A DNA stretch of 64,000 bases from Candidatus Eutrophomonas brisbanensis (GCA_038141705.1 JAYQIQ010000004.1:327135-391134), one strand, 5' to 3'. Counted from the stretch's first letter, positions 32,536 to 41,970 are shown. The notes: generated from the sequence alone by a model not told the origin. Translations and numbers: made by a program.

Positions 32536-34095
32536 ATGGATCATATAGAACCTAAATTTCTCAGCCAAATTCGGCGAGGTATTGAAAAAGAGAGTCTGCG
32601 CGTTTCCCCTGACGGGAACCTCAGCACTCTCACGCACCCAATCGCGCTCGGGTCGCCGCTCACACACTCAAATATAACAACTGACTTTTCTGAAGCTCAA
32701 CTGGAGCTCATTACTGACACACATCAGAACTTAGAAGCTTGTCTTCAACAACTAAAAGATGTCCATCAATTTGTCTACCAGAACCTAGGGCCTGAGTTGC
32801 TTTGGTGCTCGAGCATGCCGTGCTCACTACCACGAGACGATCTCATTCCAATCGCAACTTACGGATCATCAAACATTGCGAAAGCAAAAACGACCTACAG
32901 GAGAGGGTTAGCCGTACGCTATGGCAGAACAATGCAAACAATCTCTGGTATTCACTATAACTTCTCCCTTCCTAGTGAATATTGGACGGATACAGATGAA
33001 GATCTAAATACTGAAAAAATTCGTCGTAACGAGGCGTACTTCGGGCTAATAAGAAATTTTAGAAGATACGCGTGGCTACTTTTGTATTTATTCGGGGCCT
33101 CTCCAGCGGTATGTCAATGCTTCGTCGAAGGACGTGTTCATCAACTGAAGGCCCTGAGTAAAAATACGAGATACTTACCTTATGCGACCTCTCTCAGAAT
33201 GGGTCCACTCGGTTATCAAAGTGACGTGCAATCATCGATTTCGGTGAGTTACAATAACCTAGGTGACTACTCCTCGTCGCTGTTCGACGCGCTCACCAAA
33301 CCATTCCCCCCTTACTCTGCTATCGGTCTCAAAAATAGAGATGGGGAATATCAACAACTCTCAACGTCACTACTTCAAATTGAAAACGAATTTTATGGAA
33401 CGATTCGTCCAAAACAACCAGTGCAATTGGGGGAACGTCCCCTTCACGCCCTAAACAGTAGAGGCGTTGAGTACGTCGAAGTTCGATGTATTGACATCGA
33501 CCCTTACTCGCCGATTGGCATTAACGAGGAGACGAGCGCATTTATCGATACATTCTTACTGTATTGCATGCTCTCGCTAAGCCCTAAAGATACTCCAGAG
33601 GAAAATAAAACCAATGGTAGAAATCAATATTTAATAGCGGAACGCGGCAGGGAACCGGGAATCAAGCTGATTCGTGGGAACGAGTACATAGCAATGAAAG
33701 ACTGGGGGAAAGAAATTATCGATCGGTGTGTTCCACTTGCTGAACAACTCGACTACGCCAATAAAACGACACGCCACACAAGCGCTATCGAATCGGCTCG
33801 GGAAAAATTAAATATTCCAAATGCGACCCCATCGGGAAAAATCTTGCACGAACTTCAAGAGAAATTTAATGGATCGTACTTTGATTTCGTGATGGATTTA
33901 TCTTCGAAATACGCATCAGACGCGCACAACAAAGAAAGATGTATTGAGCCTCACACGGACTTGCAACTTGACGCTCAAATGTCGCTTGAGAGACAAAGAC
34001 AGATAGAAAGTACTGATCAGATTTCTTTTGATGAGTTTCGAGAGACTTACATATCGCAAGAAGCCTCTCGAATTTATCTCACACAAAAAAACTAA
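32536..34095 (+). CDS. gshA: glutamate--cysteine ligase
   Basis: 519-aa ORF. GIEKESLRV...PDGNLS...HP..LGS.LTH..ITTDFSEAQLELIT, then ISGIHYNFSL and RPL..L...GVEYVEVRCIDI; collinear with proteobacterial GshA. Confidence 0.9.
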   Translation: MDHIEPKFLSQIRRGIEKESLRVSPDGNLSTLTHPIALGSPLTHSNITTDFSEAQLELITDTHQNLEACLQQLKDVHQFVYQNLGPELLWCSSMPCSLPRDDLIPIATYGSSNIAKAKTTYRRGLAVRYGRTMQTISGIHYNFSLPSEYWTDTDEDLNTEKIRRNEAYFGLIRNFRRYAWLLLYLFGASPAVCQCFVEGRVHQLKALSKNTRYLPYATSLRMGPLGYQSDVQSSISVSYNNLGDYSSSLFDALTKPFPPYSAIGLKNRDGEYQQLSTSLLQIENEFYGTIRPKQPVQLGERPLHALNSRGVEYVEVRCIDIDPYSPIGINEETSAFIDTFLLYCMLSLSPKDTPEENKTNGRNQYLIAERGREPGIKLIRGNEYIAMKDWGKEIIDRCVPLAEQLDYANKTTRHTSAIESAREKLNIPNATPSGKILHELQEKFNGSYFDFVMDLSSKYASDAHNKERCIEPHTDLQLDAQMSLERQRQIESTDQISFDEFRETYISQEASRIYLTQKN

Positions 34096-34886
34096 AAAGC
34101 GCTGTTGTAGATCCCACCATCGATAAGTAAACTCTGCCCGGTGATGTAACCTGCATGCGCACTACAGAGAAACGCACATGCTCTCCCGAACTCCATAGGA
34201 TCACCGAAACGCTTGGCAGGGATTTGCTCGGATCTTTGCTTCGCTACCTCTTCAACCGTAATACCATTATTCTGAGCCCACGCATTGAACCCCCCTCTCA
34301 ATCGATCCGTATCAAAGAATCCAGGGAGAATATTGTTCACAGTAACATTGTGATGCGCCACCGTTCGAGCAACACCTGCTAAAAATGCTGTGAGGCCTGC
34401 CCTGGCGCCACTCGATAAATCGAGCCCAGGAACCGGCATTTTTACACTCATCGAAGTAATGTTTACGATTCGCCCAAACTTTTTCTCAATCATACTGTCG
34501 ATCACTTTCTGGATAAGCTCAATAGGTGTCACCATGTTCATGGTCACTCCATCAAGCATGGCCTGACGATCCAGTTCACGAAAATCTTTGAAAGGAGGAC
34601 CTCCATTATTGTTAACCAAGATATCGGGAGAGGAGCATGCCGCTAGCACTTTTGCCTGCCCTTCTCTCGTACTGATATCCGCAATCACGGGGGTAACCTC
34701 AACACCGGTTGCTTTCCTGATTTCTTCAGCTGTTTCAGACGTGATTTTTTCATCTCGACCATTTAAAGTCACCGAAACCCCAGCCTCCGCAAGTGCTCTG
34801 GCACAAGCCTTACCAAGCCCTCTACTCGACGCACAAATAATCGCGGTCTTTCCTTGTATCCCTAAATCCATTTTCCCCTCCCCCAA
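34092..34886 (-). CDS. short-chain dehydrogenase/reductase (FabG-like)
   Basis: 264-aa ORF with ASSRGLGKACA, NNNGGP and NITS plus the downstream catalytic region. It is convergent with gshA, overlapping by 4 nt. Confidence 0.85.
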   Translation of the reverse strand: MGEGKMDLGIQGKTAIICASSRGLGKACARALAEAGVSVTLNGRDEKITSETAEEIRKATGVEVTPVIADISTREGQAKVLAACSSPDILVNNNGGPPFKDFRELDRQAMLDGVTMNMVTPIELIQKVIDSMIEKKFGRIVNITSMSVKMPVPGLDLSSGARAGLTAFLAGVARTVAHHNVTVNNILPGFFDTDRLRGGFNAWAQNNGITVEEVAKQRSEQIPAKRFGDPMEFGRACAFLCSAHAGYITGQSLLIDGGIYNSAF

Positions 34887-34901
34887 ATATTTACAAATTC
34901 G

Positions 34902-35411
34902 TTATCGCGCGACACCGAAGAAAAAATTATTAATCCACCCCTGAGCATCGTTTTGAGCTGACTCTACCTGATCACCGCTCATTCGCCGTGCGAGTAATTC
35001 TTTTTGAAAGTTTGCCTTTTCATCAAAATTGATCGTACTTGCCAAGAAAAACCATTTGTAGGCCTGTGTATCGTTTTGCGTGACACCCTCTCCATCTCGG
35101 TAAAGAATGCCTAGACTATACATCGCATAAGCATATCCAGCGTCAGCGGCTTTTCGGAACCAAAATGCGGCTTGTGTTTTGTCAGGCTCACCAAGATCAC
35201 CATCGCGTAGCAATACGGCCAACCCATTTTGAGCGCGAATGTGGCCTCGCTGAGCCGCGGTTCTCCAATATCGCGCCGCTTCATCAAAATTTTTTGCGGC
35301 AAATTCGTCATACCCTTTATCAAAATCCGCATCCCCGGGCTCTGCATTTGCGAATACAGGTAAAGATAAAAACAGAAAAGCAACAATAAAATATCTGGCT
35401 GATCGCTTCAT
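34902..35411 (-). CDS. exported Sel1-repeat (TPR-like) protein
   Basis: Signal peptide MKRSARYFIVAFLFLSLPVFA, followed by repeated A..W...AA..G...A...L pattern (RYWRTAAQRGHIRAQNGLA; FWFRKAADAGYAYAMYSLG). Confidence 0.75.
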   Translation of the reverse strand: MKRSARYFIVAFLFLSLPVFANAEPGDADFDKGYDEFAAKNFDEAARYWRTAAQRGHIRAQNGLAVLLRDGDLGEPDKTQAAFWFRKAADAGYAYAMYSLGILYRDGEGVTQNDTQAYKWFFLASTINFDEKANFQKELLARRMSGDQVESAQNDAQGWINNFFFGVAR

Positions 35412-35418
35412 AATATTT

Positions 35419-36051
35419 TCAAGGAATTCCTAAAATTTTGTGAGTTTGTAAACTTAATCTCCAATGAGGGTTGTCTTGGCAATACTGAGTCGCGCTCCGA
35501 ATATTCTCTTTAACATTACTTCCGTCCATCGGTTGGATAAAAAAATGATCGAAATCCCATCCCTCAAACTGTTCTGGATTGATTCCCTCTTGAGGAAAAA
35601 CCAACTTGATCTCATTTCCCTTACGCACGATGCAAGTTGTTCCTGCCTTGGGACTTACACACACCCAATCAATACCATTCGGCACCTCCAGGGTACCGTT
35701 AGTCTCTACTGCCACCCTAAACCCTCTGTCGTGCAACGCACCGACTAAATCCTCGTCGAGCTGTAAGAGAGGCTCACCGCCAGTACACACGACTAACTTA
35801 CGACCGCCGTTAACCGGCCAAGTTTCATCAATTTTAGTCGCCAACAACTCGCTTGATTCAAATTTTCCACCGTTTATTCCATCGGTTCCAATAAAGTCCG
35901 TGTCACAAAACTGGCACTCGGCGCTAGCACGATCCTGCTCCCGTCCGCTCCACAGATTACATCCAGAGAAACGACAAAACACCGCAGCCATCCCCGTTTG
36001 AGCACCCTCACCTTGCAGCGTATAAAAAATCTCTTTCACCGTAAACGTCAT
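35419..36051 (-). CDS. queE: 7-carboxy-7-deazaguanine synthase (radical SAM)
   Basis: From ATG 36051: MTFTVKEIFYTLQGEGAQTGMAAVFCRFSGCNLWSGREQDRASAECQFCDTDF, the QueE cluster motif with the long insert. The start overlaps the queD stop (ATGA). Confidence 0.85.
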   Translation of the reverse strand: MTFTVKEIFYTLQGEGAQTGMAAVFCRFSGCNLWSGREQDRASAECQFCDTDFIGTDGINGGKFESSELLATKIDETWPVNGGRKLVVCTGGEPLLQLDEDLVGALHDRGFRVAVETNGTLEVPNGIDWVCVSPKAGTTCIVRKGNEIKLVFPQEGINPEQFEGWDFDHFFIQPMDGSNVKENIRSATQYCQDNPHWRLSLQTHKILGIP

Positions 36052-37190
36052 ACAGGTAAGGCAGGCCCCCTCTGACCCCAATCGAGCGTCACTCCACAAC
36101 CGCGAGTTTCATAGAGGTCGATTCTGTCAAGCTCTGGAAGAGATTCACTCAATGCTTGCTTAATCCAATTGGCAATGCTGTAGGCATCACTATTCTCAAG
36201 CCCATGTATTTCATACAGCGGTCGATGATCAATCTGGTTAAATATGGGAGAAAATTTCTCCTTAACATCACCATAGTCCATAGTCCAACCCAGTAAACGA
36301 TCAATGTCGGACGTGAGATGTAACCGGGATAGGAAAGTATGTCCAAACACCCTACGATCTCCATCCTCTTCCAATTGCACGGCACTATCGATAGAGAAAT
36401 CTTTCCAAATGCGAAATAGCTCACCATCATAGTGTGCGCCACTCGATGCCGTTTCATACACGGTGACCCAACTCAGCTCTGGAACTTCGCTCTTAACCTG
36501 CCTCCAAATCCATTCGGCTATTAATTCACTCGTGGGGTTCTCTAAACCCTCGATATCATTTAAGCATCGACGATGGAGTTGATCATGCAAACCCTTCCAG
36601 CATTCGCTCAGCCGCTCATACTCGATGCCGTAATTCCTGTCCTCGATTGCATTTCGAGTATGCAGCAGCACTTGAAAGCCATGACCATGCATTCGACCAC
36701 ACTTATGTCCTACCGGAACGTTGGGCAAAAAATGCGCTGACTCGAACTGAAATTTCTTCCAGACATGAGCCTCTCCATTTAGGTCGATATCTACCCCCTC
36801 ACACGGAGTACTCTGCACCCCAAGACGATCGACCCCCTCGACATCCAATTCACTCAGAACCCAACGAGCAATATTTTCATCTGTGGGAATATTGATGGTT
36901 TCGTTAAGGAATGAGTAATTCAAGCGATCAGTAACGGTTCCCAATAAATTAACTATCTGGCTCAACGACTGAAAATGATCATTGAATCCGATTGAGCTAT
37001 CACATCGTAATTTTGCGACATAACTATGACCATGGAGCCCGCGAGCAGGGTGGCCTTCTGGAAATATATCAACCGAACATGCGGCCTCGAAAGATGACGC
37101 AGCCAACCAGAAAACACGTGGATTATTAATACCTACGGGCAACTCCGATTTAGTCGTGAAGCCTCTACTTTTGCGATCTTCTAACGTCAA
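36048..37190 (-). CDS. queD: 6-carboxy-5,6,7,8-tetrahydropterin synthase, three tandem QueD/PTPS modules
   Basis: 380-aa ORF. The middle module FESAHFLPNVPVGHKCGRMHGHGF...LNDIEGLENPTSELIAEWIW...VYETASSG matches canonical QueD. The flanking modules are degenerate copies (FEAAC...LHGHSY; VFGHTF...IDHRPLYEIHGLEN). The TTG start has no clear SD, so the 5' end is uncertain. Confidence 0.8.
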   Translation of the reverse strand: MTLEDRKSRGFTTKSELPVGINNPRVFWLAASSFEAACSVDIFPEGHPARGLHGHSYVAKLRCDSSIGFNDHFQSLSQIVNLLGTVTDRLNYSFLNETINIPTDENIARWVLSELDVEGVDRLGVQSTPCEGVDIDLNGEAHVWKKFQFESAHFLPNVPVGHKCGRMHGHGFQVLLHTRNAIEDRNYGIEYERLSECWKGLHDQLHRRCLNDIEGLENPTSELIAEWIWRQVKSEVPELSWVTVYETASSGAHYDGELFRIWKDFSIDSAVQLEEDGDRRVFGHTFLSRLHLTSDIDRLLGWTMDYGDVKEKFSPIFNQIDHRPLYEIHGLENSDAYSIANWIKQALSESLPELDRIDLYETRGCGVTLDWGQRGPALPV

Positions 37191-37262
37191 TTTATGACCT
37201 GAATTTAAGTTAATCCATTAGTGTACGATAAACAAGTAAACAAATAATTTGGGGGATAGAGC

Positions 37263-38056
37263 ATGGACATGATGCTTCAAGGGAAATCAGCTTTAATAAC
37301 AGGCTCTACCTACGGTATCGGCTTTGCGATCGCGGAGGCACTTGCGGCAGAGGGGTCAACGTCACAATTACCGGACGAGATGAAAAAAAAACTAGCGAAT
37401 CTTTAAAAGATCTCGAAAACAGATTTCCTGATACCAAACCCCAAGCTGTATGCGCTGACTGCACGACCCCTGAAGGTTATAACAAGGTGTTCAGCACAAT
37501 CCAGCAAACCGATATTCTCATAAACAATATGGGAATTTATGAGAGAAAGCCCTTTCTCGAGATTGCCGATGAAGAATGGGAACGCATGTTCGACGTGAAT
37601 GTTATGAGTGGCGTTCGTTTCTCGAGGCAATATATCCCAGCAATGGTTAGCAAGGGCTGGGGAAGAATCATATTTGTATCGAGCGAGTCTGGACTAATGA
37701 TCCCACCCGAAATGATTCATTATGGGTTTAGTAAAAGCGCGCAACTGAGTATTTCACGCGGCCTTGCGATGTCGCTTAAAGGAACGGGTATCACCGTGAA
37801 CGCCCTACTCCCGGGTCCAACACGCACGGACACAACGAATAGGCAAAGGAAAGAGCGTGCCGAGCAATGGGGAATTAGTTTAGAGCAGCTTGAGTCCGAG
37901 TTTTTTGAAAAATTTAGACCCACTTCGCTCCTGAATCGATTCGCAGAAGCAAAAGAGGTTGCGCCGCTTGCTGTGTACCTCTGCAGCCCTCTGTCTCAAC
38001 TGACAAACGGAGCGACGTTACGCGTTGAGGGAGGGATCGTTAATCAAATTATGTGA
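37263..38056 (+). pseudogene. short-chain dehydrogenase/reductase, frameshifted in this sequence
   Basis: The ATG at 37263 gives MDMMLQGKSALITGSTYGIGFAIAEALAAEG. One extra G in the G4 run at 37352-37355 joins it to VNVTITGRDEKKTSESLKDL... and ORF 37487-38056 (NNMGIY...YGFSKSA...). Confidence 0.8.
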
Positions 38057-38956
38057 TCGCCGAAGGTTAAAAGTACGCCAACATCCGCTAGGAATCGGGT
38101 TACGTAAACGTTCTCTTTGGCTTACAACATAGACCCAAGCCAACACTGGATCCGTTGTCTCAGTAACACGAACCTGAGATATGGTTCGAGCAAACTCATT
38201 ATTCGCATTTTCAAAACCAAAAAAATCCTCGATTAAATCAGTGCAGGAGATAGCACTCGATATATCATCGAAAGCAATAAGTTGACCTTTTACTAAATTT
38301 GTCGAGGGATCACCGAAGATATCTAACATAGGGTAATCACGATCAGTCGCATAAAGAGTGCCACGCATCAAAGCTTCTTCGCTACTCGATTTGGAAAACC
38401 GCGCTATCTGATGAGATCGACTCTCGCCTTCAAGTAATGTTCCGTAAATAAAAAGAGGATATTGAGTGCTCGTCAGTGGCCGGTTCTCAGCCACAAGATA
38501 TAAATCAGAAGCGTCGTGCCGAAACCTTCGCAACCCTTTCTCCACGACATCTTGGTAGTGTTGAGTTGGCTTCACGAACTCCATGTAATTTCTGTCCGTG
38601 ACAACATAGGTGATTGCCGAAATTAAATTTCCAGTTGAATCAATAACACGACATCCGATTCGACGATAGATGCCCTCATTCACACCTTCCTTAAAATCCA
38701 GAGCATTCCAACCGTTTTGATTAACGCGAAACAACGCACCATTCACCCAACCACCTTTACGGCTTTTGATATTTAATGCGCCACCTCCTCGCGTTCGCGA
38801 GAACACATTAAAGCCAAGCTCATAGTCAGGCATACGGGCAGGCTGAATAGCCTCAATGCTGTTTGGATCAAAATTGTGTCGATTACAAAACTCGGACCAA
38901 TCATCAATATCTAAATTCGAACCGTAGGCAAAATAAAGGGCTCCATATCTGGCCAT
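38018..38956 (-). CDS. two-module gamma-glutamylcyclotransferase-fold protein (GGCT-type plus AIG2/GGACT-type)
   Basis: 312-aa ORF. Module 1 has LYFAYGSNLDIDDW; module 2 has PLFIYGTLLEGESR. The 3' end overlaps the convergent SDR by 39 nt. Confidence 0.65.
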   Translation of the reverse strand: MARYGALYFAYGSNLDIDDWSEFCNRHNFDPNSIEAIQPARMPDYELGFNVFSRTRGGGALNIKSRKGGWVNGALFRVNQNGWNALDFKEGVNEGIYRRIGCRVIDSTGNLISAITYVVTDRNYMEFVKPTQHYQDVVEKGLRRFRHDASDLYLVAENRPLTSTQYPLFIYGTLLEGESRSHQIARFSKSSSEEALMRGTLYATDRDYPMLDIFGDPSTNLVKGQLIAFDDISSAISCTDLIEDFFGFENANNEFARTISQVRVTETTDPVLAWVYVVSQRERLRNPIPSGCWRTFNLRRSHNLINDPSLNA

Positions 38957-39264
38957 TAGCCTATCGCTCTGAGAACATGAATCGTTCTACTTTCCAAAAG
39001 ATGACCAACCTTTTTGGCGTATTCCAACATATGCGGAGCCTTGGCATGCGCACGAAGACAATCATCACTCTCCCATTTCTCGCTCACAATAAAACTATCA
39101 TCGCCAATGGGAGTCTGAAACTCACCAAATTCTGCATCTACAATCGGGGTATATTCAATACACCCCTCCTCCGCTCGCACACTCGCAAGATTAGCCAAAG
39201 CGGCGTTTAGTACCTCGTCTCGTTTTCCTGGTTTCGTTTTGATAATCGCTACAACATGGATCAT
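38956..39264 (-). CDS. antibiotic-biosynthesis-monooxygenase (ABM) domain protein
   Basis: 102-aa ORF. MIHVVAIIKTKPGKRDEV...EEGCIEY...SEKWESDDCLRAHAKAPHM, the ferredoxin-like ABM pattern. Its stop overlaps the downstream start (TAATG). Confidence 0.7.
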   Translation of the reverse strand: MIHVVAIIKTKPGKRDEVLNAALANLASVRAEEGCIEYTPIVDAEFGEFQTPIGDDSFIVSEKWESDDCLRAHAKAPHMLEYAKKVGHLLESRTIHVLRAIG

Positions 39265-39430
39265 ATTCTTCCTCCGATCTTTACTGGCTGGCGAACTACT
39301 TCAAAAAACTCAGACAGTCTTACACAGAAAAGACGGCTATGCGTTTATTGAATAAAATGCGAAGTGTTCATCGATAATTTTTATTAACCAGTAGAGCCAC
39401 AAATTCTAAATTATACGAGGCAACAAAAAT

Positions 39431-40288
39431 TTGTTTCCACGAATTTCGATCTTTTTTGTAACATCCATACTGATTCCATTGGCCGCAGTCTTTGCAGGCC
39501 CCCTGGAACCTGGAGATTCGTTCCAAGATTGCACCGCCTGTCCCATCATGATCGTGATACCACCGGGAGAATACGGAATGGGAGGGCCTCCGATTGATCA
39601 AGGTCGACCATACGCCGAGGGTGAGCTGCGCCCCGTAACCATTGAGAAGCCCTTTGCGGTGGGAAAATATGAAGTCACCTTCGAGGAGTGGGATGAATGT
39701 GTGCGTGATGGAGTTTGCACAAAAGTAGAAGATCAAGGTTGGGGAAGAGGAAAGCGTCCAGTAATAAGTGTTTCATGGGGAGAATCGGTGCAATACGGCA
39801 AATGGTTATCCAAAAAAACAGGGAAGCCATACCGACTCCTTACGGAGGCCGAATGGGAATATGCCGCAAGAGCGAATGGAGGAAGAGCCCGCTTCTTCGG
39901 AATACCTACAGAGGAAATCTGTAAATACGCAAACCTATACGATGAAACAGCTGAAGCGAAGCTTGAGCTCGGCCTGGATACGATCCCATGCGCGGACGGC
40001 TTCGAACACACGGCACCGGTCGGCTCGTACCTTCCCAATAACTTTGGACTCTACGATATGTTGGGTAATGTCTGGGAGTGGACCGAGGATTGTCACGCTA
40101 AGTTGTGGAGAAATTCCCCTACCGACGCGTCAGCACGAATGGATGGTGACTGTACGGAAAGAGCGTTTCGAGGTGGCTCTTGGATTAGCCATCCTCCACG
40201 CTACCTACAACGTCAAGATCGCTATAAATACATGGGTGGACGCGAGGTTGATTTGGGATTTCGCGTTGCGCTTTCACTCGACGATTGA
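39431..40288 (+). CDS. exported FGE-sulfatase (SUMF1/PvdO-like) domain protein, paralogue 1
   Basis: 285-aa ORF with signal peptide, FQDCTACPIMIVIPPGEYGMG, EWEYAARA, GLYDMLGNVWEWTEDC, AFRGGSW and DLGFRVA. TTG start. Confidence 0.8.
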   Translation: MFPRISIFFVTSILIPLAAVFAGPLEPGDSFQDCTACPIMIVIPPGEYGMGGPPIDQGRPYAEGELRPVTIEKPFAVGKYEVTFEEWDECVRDGVCTKVEDQGWGRGKRPVISVSWGESVQYGKWLSKKTGKPYRLLTEAEWEYAARANGGRARFFGIPTEEICKYANLYDETAEAKLELGLDTIPCADGFEHTAPVGSYLPNNFGLYDMLGNVWEWTEDCHAKLWRNSPTDASARMDGDCTERAFRGGSWISHPPRYLQRQDRYKYMGGREVDLGFRVALSLDD

Positions 40289-41166
40289 TAAAAGAGGTTA
40301 GCTCCTTGCCACACTTAAGAGCATTTAAATTATTGTTGCTACTACTCGTTGTCTTAGGTGTTTTTTCAGCGCCTGTAAAAGCGGATAATTCATTCAGGGA
40401 TTGCGAAGAGTGTCCAGAGATGGTTGTCATTCCCGCGGGCAACTATGGATTCGGATCTCCCCCTAATGAATTTGGTGGCCCCTACAATGAGGGTTACGTC
40501 ATAGAAGTAACCTTCAAAGAGGCTTTTGCTATCGGAAAGTATGAAGTTACTTTTTATGAGTGGATGCATTGCGTGGCGGCGGGCGCGTGTGCAGAAGTTG
40601 ATGACGATGGAATGGGCCAGGGAAAGCACCCAGTCATAAATGTAAGTTGGGAAGACGCGGTTACCTACACCCAATGGTTGAGCAAGGCGACAGGAAAAAA
40701 TTATCGGCTTCCTTCGGAGCAAGAGTGGGAATACGCTGCACAAGGACCCACCAAACGGGCCCGATTCTTTGGGATCGCTCCGGAAAAGGTTTGCGATTTT
40801 GCAAACGCGTACGATCAGAAAGCCGAGGAAAAATTAACTTACGGATTTAAGACGGTACCATGCTCAGACGGCTTTACTGAGCTCGCAGAGGTGGGGGCAT
40901 TTAAACCAAACTACTTTGGATTACACGATATGTTGGGAAACGTTTGGGAATGGGTATTTGATTGCTTAAATCCCAATTGGAGATTCAGCAAAGCTGCGAC
41001 CGATGGGTCTCCCTACACCGACGGAGATTGCGATCAGCGAGCCTACAGGGGTGGATCCTGGCTTTCCAATCAGCCATACTATCTTCGAACCGCAGAGCGG
41101 TACAAATTTTTCAGAACCAAGCACAATGACTTGGGTTTTCGTGTAGCAAGATCAATGACTGAGTAG
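40285..41166 (+). CDS. exported FGE-sulfatase (SUMF1/PvdO-like) domain protein, paralogue 2
   Basis: 293-aa ORF collinear with paralogue 1 (FRDCEECPEMVVIPAGNYGFG, EWEYAAQG, GLHDMLGNVWEWVFDC, AYRGGSW, DLGFRVA). The start codon is uncertain (TTG 40285 or TTG 40306). Confidence 0.8.
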   Translation: MIKEVSSLPHLRAFKLLLLLLVVLGVFSAPVKADNSFRDCEECPEMVVIPAGNYGFGSPPNEFGGPYNEGYVIEVTFKEAFAIGKYEVTFYEWMHCVAAGACAEVDDDGMGQGKHPVINVSWEDAVTYTQWLSKATGKNYRLPSEQEWEYAAQGPTKRARFFGIAPEKVCDFANAYDQKAEEKLTYGFKTVPCSDGFTELAEVGAFKPNYFGLHDMLGNVWEWVFDCLNPNWRFSKAATDGSPYTDGDCDQRAYRGGSWLSNQPYYLRTAERYKFFRTKHNDLGFRVARSMTE

Positions 41167-41167
41167 C

Positions 41168-41899
41168 TTAGATAATTCGCCTCAGCGCGTTAAAAAACAA
41201 TTCCGACTGAAGTCGCTCGCCGACCATCTCCTCACTTACTTTCTGAACAAGCGCGCGATCCACTGGAACTAGTGCTTTTCCCGTAGAACGAGCGAGCACT
41301 TCTAGCTCACAAGAACGTTCGATGTAATACAAATCATCATATGCGTAATCCATACGGTCGCTGCAGACGATCACACCATGATTTCCAAGAAATGCAATGT
41401 CTGCCCCCTCCATCGAACGTGCAATCCGCTCACCCTCTGACACATCAAGCGCAAGTCCATTGTATTGATCGTCAATAGCGATGCGCCCATGGAATCGCAT
41501 TGCGGTCTGCGATAGCGTCGTGTCAAGCGCGCGAGCATCGGTCAAAGATAGCGCAGTCGCGTTCGGCATATGCGTATGTAATACACATATTTTTTTACAG
41601 ATTCTATGTACGGCGGAGTGGATATACATTGCAGTTGGTTCAACCGGATGTTTACCGGCTAACACCTCTCCATCAGCATCAACCAAGACGATGTCTTCCG
41701 CTTGCACCTCTTGCCAAAGAAGTCCTCGTGGATTTAACAGAAACCTACCAGAGTGATCAGGAAGCTCGATACTAAAATGGTTACAGACTCCCTCGGCCAA
41801 TCCGTGCATAGAAGCCGCACGCAGAGCCAGCGCGAGATCAGCTCGTAGTTTCGTTACAGCCTCAGAAAAATAATCTTGATCGTTATCACGGGCCCCCAT
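41168..41899 (-). CDS. class II aldolase/adducin-domain protein
   Basis: 243-aa ORF. LLNPRGLLWQEVQAEDIVLVD...MYIHSAVH...VLHTHMPNATAL...LGNHGVIVC. Confidence 0.8.
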   Translation of the reverse strand: MGARDNDQDYFSEAVTKLRADLALALRAASMHGLAEGVCNHFSIELPDHSGRFLLNPRGLLWQEVQAEDIVLVDADGEVLAGKHPVEPTAMYIHSAVHRICKKICVLHTHMPNATALSLTDARALDTTLSQTAMRFHGRIAIDDQYNGLALDVSEGERIARSMEGADIAFLGNHGVIVCSDRMDYAYDDLYYIERSCELEVLARSTGKALVPVDRALVQKVSEEMVGERLQSELFFNALRRII

Positions 41900-41970
41900 T
41901 TTCTTCCCCTTTTATGTTTAAGTACATTCCACGCTCTATGATCACATTCGAGCCTCAAAGCAATGAACAA

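Noticed and set aside
37191-37262. A possible preQ1 riboswitch in the leader of queD-queE.
   Set aside because: The 72-nt divergent spacer (minus-strand reading gctctatcccccaaattatttgtttacttgtttatcgtacactaatgg...) shows no small hairpin followed by an A-rich tail and SD-sequestering CCC/AAAACUA-type motif expected for preQ1-I/II.
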